DNA of 64,000 nucleotides, the filler included, from an uncultured Methanosarcinales archaeon (GTDB taxonomy: Archaea > Nanobdellota > Nanobdellia > Woesearchaeales > BS150m-G63), in assembly GCA_964630685.1 (NCBI GenBank). It is 5 parts of 5 records of this genome, joined end to end, with 100 filler letters (N's around TTAATTAATTAA, not from the genome) between each part and the next. Parts side by side here need not be neighbours in the genome. Positions count along the whole stretch, not along the records: positions 57,306 to 62,469 come from CAZVVW010000021.1; positions 62,570 to 64,000 come from CAZVVW010000029.1; 3 more parts are not named here. One strand, 5' to 3'. Made by a program: the position numbers and the translations under genes. Below the pieces are notes generated by a model, which saw nothing but the letters and a program-made list of their open reading frames with translations, was not told where the DNA came from and ran no database searches. This document shows, piece after piece, positions 60,093-64,000 of the stretch. Each line of letters opens with the position of its first letter. Position 1 is the first letter of the stretch.

Positions 60093-61306
60093 TTTGACTC
60101 CAAATTAACTTTATGAGCATTTCCTGTAAGAGAAAACACAACAATTTTATCTTGTCCATCAAATTCCTTAGCTTTCTCAATAGCACCTTTAATCGCATAA
60201 CAAGATTCAGCAGCTGGTTTGATTCCTTCAGTTTTTTCAAAAAGTTCACTTACTGGATCAACCTCATTTGGTTCATAAGCTACTGCCTTAATTACATTAT
60301 TGTGTACTAACAATGATAATAATGGATTCTTACCATGATAATTAAGTCCACTTGCACCTAAGCTTGTAGGAACAAAATCATTTCCTAGAGTAAACATTTT
60401 AGCCTTTGGCATCAAACCAATTAAATCTGGATTTTCATATCTGTAAGTACCTTTAGTAAAACTTGGAACTCTTGCAGATTCTACAGCAATGAAATCAGTA
60501 GTATCTCTTAGACCTTCAATTAACGGAAATACTAATCCAGAAAAACTACTTCCACCACCAACTACACCAATTACAGCATCTGGTACAATGTTAAGCTCAT
60601 TTAATTGATCTTTTAATTCCATACCAATTACAGTGTTATGTAATGCAGAATAGGCACTAAGACAACCTAGTGACAATTTATTTCTTTCATCTTTGTTTAC
60701 GTGTTGCATAGCATGACTAATACTTGCTGCAATTGTTCCTTGTTTGGTTATAATTGGTTTTACAATTGCTCCTTGCTGTTTCATTACATCAACTTTATCA
60801 ATTTTCAAATTGTAATTACTTTCTTCCATGTAGATTGTTGCAGGAATTCCAAATTCTTTACAAGCAACAGCCATACCCATTCCCCAATTACCTGGACCAG
60901 TATCACCAATAAATTCTTTTACTCCTTCTTTATTAGCAAAATATGCCTGTACATAAGAAGAATTTAGTTTGTAGCTGTTGATTGGACTTTTATCTTCTCT
61001 TTTAAAGAAAATTTTTACTTTCTTTAGCCCTAATGCTTTCTCAAGTTTCTTAGCTCTGACAAGTGGAGTGCTTCTATAAGTTTCATATAAATCTTGAATT
61101 TTCTTAGGAATCTCAATTAATTTCTCTTTTTTATATTTTCCAATATTTAACTCCTGTTTTGCCAATTCAACAGGAAGAATTTTGGATAACTTTGATAGCT
61201 TCATATTTTCTCCTGTTTTTGGATCTAAAAGTATAGGAATCTCTAATTGAAGCTCTTCCTTAATGAATGGAACAATATTATACCAATATTTTTGTTTTTT
61301 AGTCAT
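60089..61306 (-). CDS. Divergent TrpB2-like PLP enzyme
   Basis: WYNI, TPLVRAKKLEKAL, SYKLNS, DTGPGNWG, VGGGSSFSGL, SGLNYHG, PAAES. Confidence 0.85.
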   Translation of the reverse strand: MTKKQKYWYNIVPFIKEELQLEIPILLDPKTGENMKLSKLSKILPVELAKQELNIGKYKKEKLIEIPKKIQDLYETYRSTPLVRAKKLEKALGLKKVKIFFKREDKSPINSYKLNSSYVQAYFANKEGVKEFIGDTGPGNWGMGMAVACKEFGIPATIYMEESNYNLKIDKVDVMKQQGAIVKPIITKQGTIAASISHAMQHVNKDERNKLSLGCLSAYSALHNTVIGMELKDQLNELNIVPDAVIGVVGGGSSFSGLVFPLIEGLRDTTDFIAVESARVPSFTKGTYRYENPDLIGLMPKAKMFTLGNDFVPTSLGASGLNYHGKNPLLSLLVHNNVIKAVAYEPNEVDPVSELFEKTEGIKPAAESCYAIKGAIEKAKEFDGQDKIVVFSLTGNAHKVNLESK

Positions 61307-61349
61307 TTTTAATTACCTCGTTTTGTTATAACTTAGTAGTAAAGACTAA

Positions 61350-61404
61350 AATACTTAAAGAAGAGCGTCCCCTCACAGGACGACTTTAGAAAGATTTAAA
61401 TAGT
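61350..61404. promoter_or_regulatory. Divergent promoters with a central palindrome CGTCC-N7-GGACG (candidate TrmB operator)
   Basis: TATA-like tttaagta on minus (~61352-61359) and tttaaata on plus (~61396-61403) flank the palindrome at 61366-61382. Confidence 0.55.
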
Positions 61405-61425
61405 ATATCCTCTTTTTATAACAAT

Positions 61426-62184
61426 ATGGAGCTATCAGAACTACGAAAAATTGGCCTTACAGAGGGAGAAATTAAAGTATATGAAGCACTTTTAAACTTA
61501 GGGGAGTGTACCAAAACCTCTCTCGTTAAAGAAGCAGGAATCGCACCAAGTAATATCTATGATATTACAAATAGGCTTATTGAGAAAGGTATTGTGTCAA
61601 AAGTGCTGAAGAACGGAATTGCTCATTTTAGCCCTGCTAATCCGAGGCATATGTTGGATTTTTTGGATCTAAAAGAAAAAGAGATTGAGAAAGAGAGGGA
61701 TCTTGTAACTGAAATATTGCCTACATTATTGGCTAAATTTAAAGATTCTAGAGAAAAAGTAAATATTGAAGTTTTTCAGGGATGGAATGGATTGAAAACT
61801 ATTTTTGAGGAATTGCTTGAAGTTTGTAAAGAGGGAGAGGAGAATTATGTTTTTGGAGCTAGTAGAGGAGAGAGTGATAAAAAAGCAGATATCTTTTTTT
61901 TAAAGTATTCAAGAATGAGAGAAAAACAGGGAATTATTACTAAAATTATCTTTAATCAGGATATGAGGGAGAGGAAAGAGAGATTAAATTTCTTTCTCAG
62001 ATCAAAGAAATATGATGTGAAATTTCTCAATCAAACAACACCTACAGAAATAATGATTTATAAGAATTTTACTGCAATAATAATTCTAACTAAAGAACCT
62101 TTGGTCATTAGAATTTCAGGTAAAGAAGTTGCAAATAGTTTCAAACAATATTTTGATGCTATGTGGCAACTTGCAAAAAAGTAA
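61426..62184 (+). CDS. TrmB family transcriptional regulator
   Basis: LRKIGLTEGEIKVYEALL..IYDITNRLIEKG wHTH, VFQGWNGLKT, and FDAMW C-terminus. Confidence 0.9.
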   Translation: MELSELRKIGLTEGEIKVYEALLNLGECTKTSLVKEAGIAPSNIYDITNRLIEKGIVSKVLKNGIAHFSPANPRHMLDFLDLKEKEIEKERDLVTEILPTLLAKFKDSREKVNIEVFQGWNGLKTIFEELLEVCKEGEENYVFGASRGESDKKADIFFLKYSRMREKQGIITKIIFNQDMRERKERLNFFLRSKKYDVKFLNQTTPTEIMIYKNFTAIIILTKEPLVIRISGKEVANSFKQYFDAMWQLAKK

Positions 62185-62185
62185 T

Positions 62186-62245
62186 GGCGACCCCCTAAAT
62201 CTAGTCTGCTAAAGCAGAATTCAATAATAAAAAGTAAGAGAAAAA
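62186..62245. repeat. Right inverted repeat of the asnB-trmB cluster
   Basis: ggcgacccccta (62186-62197) and agtaagagaaaaa (62233-62245) are exact reverse complements of 57387-57398 and 57375-57387. Confidence 0.75.
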
Positions 62246-62343
62246 CTACAGTGGCACCTAAAGTAGAGGCAGTGTAAAAACTTCTCCGTTCGCTAACGCT
62301 CACTGCGACCCCGCTGCGCTCTCCTCCTTTCAGTCGTCGGGTC

Positions 62344-62464
62344 GGCTAACAGGAATTTAACGGAAAAATGCTCGGCTCGCATTTTTCCCAAATTTGATTT
62401 TCCAGCTATGTTCCGCTTCGCTTCACGAGGGAAAATCAAACTTCGTTAAATTCCGATGTTAAAC
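62344..62464 (+). repeat. attC-like integron cassette recombination site
   Basis: GGCTAAC at the left end and GTTAAAC at the right. 11-bp stem ggaatttaacg/cgttaaattcc, with internal hairpins gaaaaatgc/gcatttttc and tttgattttcc/ggaaaatcaaa. Confidence 0.65.
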
Positions 62465-62469
62465 TCAAT

Positions 62470-62569
62470 NNNNNNNNNNNNNNNNNNNNNNNNNNNNNNN
62501 NNNNNNNNNNNNNTTAATTAATTAANNNNNNNNNNNNNNNNNNNNNNNNNNNNNNNNNNNNNNNNNNNN
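62470..62569. other. Artificial contig junction
   Basis: N run with TTAATTAATTAA linker. Confidence 0.95.
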
Positions 62570-62570
62570 A

Positions 62571-64000
62571 ATTGATTATATTGAAGTTAATTATGATTAT
62601 GAAAATGAATTGTTTGCTATCCAGAGTAATAAAAGTATTAGGATAAGTGGACCTTCTAATGCAAATCTTGATAAATTAGTTTTAAATGCTGTTGAGATTG
62701 ATGTTGGGTTGAGTTGTGGTAATGATGAAAAACTGACTGGAAGTGATAATGTTTTGAGTTGTGAAACAGATTTAGTAAAGGATTCTGATTATATCATTGG
62801 TAATGAGTATCCTCTTGGTGGTGTTGGAATAACTATTAATGATAGAACAGTAAGTGTTAATGAGAGTTGGTTAGATGATAATTATATTGAACAAGATTTG
62901 TTGTCTTGGGATAATTTGACTGGTGTTCCTGGTGCTTTTTCTGATGGTGTTGATAATGATACTACTTATAGTGAAGATAGTGATTATTTGACTTTGACTA
63001 ATACTGTTTTTGATTTTAATGAATCTGTTTTGAATGATACTATTGATGCTCGTGCTGGTTCTGTGACAGATGTTTGGGTGAATGAAAGTGGAGATACCAT
63101 GACTGGGGCATTAAGTATTAATCAAAATGCCGGTGCACTAAATCTACGAGGAACAAACCATGTTTATATTCAGTTTTATCCAGATAATGGGGAAAGAAGA
63201 GCTTGGATTGGTTATGGGAGTTATGACAGTGATATTTTAACTATTCATAATCAATATGGTGGTGGAACTGTAATGATCAATAGTGGGCTTGGGGTTGTTG
63301 GCGGTGCTGAAATTGGGGGGCAAATTAAGATTAGTGGAGGAAATCCAAGGAATGGTAGAGTGCTCAAATCTGATGCTAATGGACTTGCTAGTTGGGGAGA
63401 TGATGATGATGTTCCAGATACAGATGAAGTAACCAAGACTGCTATAGCTAACAGTGGAACTCTTGACTTTGATTGGGAGGATGATGAGGTAAGTAATATA
63501 TTAACAATAAGTTCTAGTGGACATATTAATGCTGGGGCGATTGATAGTGGTACTGTTCCTAATGCTCATTTAGATACTGATTTACAAGATTTGGCAGACG
63601 GAACATTGAATGCGAGTAAAGTACAATATGGTACTTATTTTATTACTGGTGATGGAATTAATGGGCAAGTATGGAAGTCTGATGGTGTTGGTGTTGGTGG
63701 TTGGGGAAGTGATGATAGTGGTATTACTGAAGCAGAAGCTGATAATTTATATGTTAATATTGATGGGGATAATATGACTGGTGCGTTGCGTACCCTTACT
63801 TTAGATACTGGGCAAGGAGCTAATGAACTTTATGGTATGGATCAGAATGTTACGACTACTGATTCACCAACATTTGTAGATCTTACAACTACAGGAGATT
63901 TAACTGTTGGTGGCGATGTTACTGCTGATTTTTTTATTGGTAATGGATCCTCACTAACAAGTGTTGATGCAGACACTCTTGATGGTCTGGATTCTTCTGA
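62571..64000 (+). CDS. Internal fragment of a large tail-fibre-like/adhesin surface protein (open at both ends, absent from the ORF track)
   Basis: Stop-free frame with WVNESGDTMTGAL, YVNIDGDNMTGAL, GRVLKSDANGLASW, GQVWKSDGVGVGGW, GANELYGMDQNV and DADTLDGLDSS motifs. Confidence 0.8.
   Translation, partial: MDYIEVNYDYENELFAIQSNKSIRISGPSNANLDKLVLNAVEIDVGLSCGNDEKLTGSDNVLSCETDLVKDSDYIIGNEYPLGGVGITINDRTVSVNESWLDDNYIEQDLLSWDNLTGVPGAFSDGVDNDTTYSEDSDYLTLTNTVFDFNESVLNDTIDARAGSVTDVWVNESGDTMTGALSINQNAGALNLRGTNHVYIQFYPDNGERRAWIGYGSYDSDILTIHNQYGGGTVMINSGLGVVGGAEIGGQIKISGGNPRNGRVLKSDANGLASWGDDDDVPDTDEVTKTAIANSGTLDFDWEDDEVSNILTISSSGHINAGAIDSGTVPNAHLDTDLQDLADGTLNASKVQYGTYFITGDGINGQVWKSDGVGVGGWGSDDSGITEAEADNLYVNIDGDNMTGALRTLTLDTGQGANELYGMDQNVTTTDSPTFVDLTTTGDLTVGGDVTADFFIGNGSSLTSVDADTLDGLDSS

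Noticed and set aside
60089..61306. Ordinary tryptophan biosynthesis operon
   Set aside because: No trpA/C/D/E/F/G is present and key TrpB motif residues are substituted.
62186..62200. tRNA 3' end (GGGGTCGCCA on the minus strand) as an integration site
   Set aside because: No T-arm or cloverleaf adjoins it. Kept only as part of the inverted repeat.

Overview
AT-rich archaeal DNA, most consistent with a DPANN archaeon of the Woesearchaeota type. This is an inference from the HMf-type histone, fibrillarin/Nop5, ABCE1, archaeal ProRS, SecD/F, S-layer and COG1361 proteins, and an intron-containing tRNA. The window is not one contiguous locus. Four 100-nt N blocks carrying a TTAATTAATTAA linker (30236-30335, 55894-55993, 57206-57305, 62470-62569) join separate contigs, and 32524-32623 is a plain scaffold gap. 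Most content is housekeeping: PFOR operon, pyrG/pyrH, secDF, proS, rps2, ABCE1, antiporters and a MacB/LolCDE-type ABC exporter. Main highlights: (1) a well-formed cobalamin riboswitch directly behind an archaeal TATA box, leading an unknown ORF, a CbrT-type ECF S-component and a DUF4430 surface protein, i.e. a candidate riboswitch-controlled B12-scavenging system in an archaeon; (2) a 5.2-kb contig with a divergent TrpB2-like enzyme, a class IV aminotransferase, AsnB and a TrmB regulator, bracketed by inverted repeats and attC-like hairpins; (3) a LAGLIDADG intein in the TPP-binding motif of PorB; (4) a direct-repeat-flanked module with a nonsense-split Zn-ribbon/PD-(D/E)XK nuclease and an MNT-HEPN pair; (5) an uncharacterised cluster with an expanded AP-endonuclease-2-type TIM barrel, a fused MNT-HEPN and a stand-alone HPF/RaiA-like protein. 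All calls come from reading motifs by eye; no searches were run.
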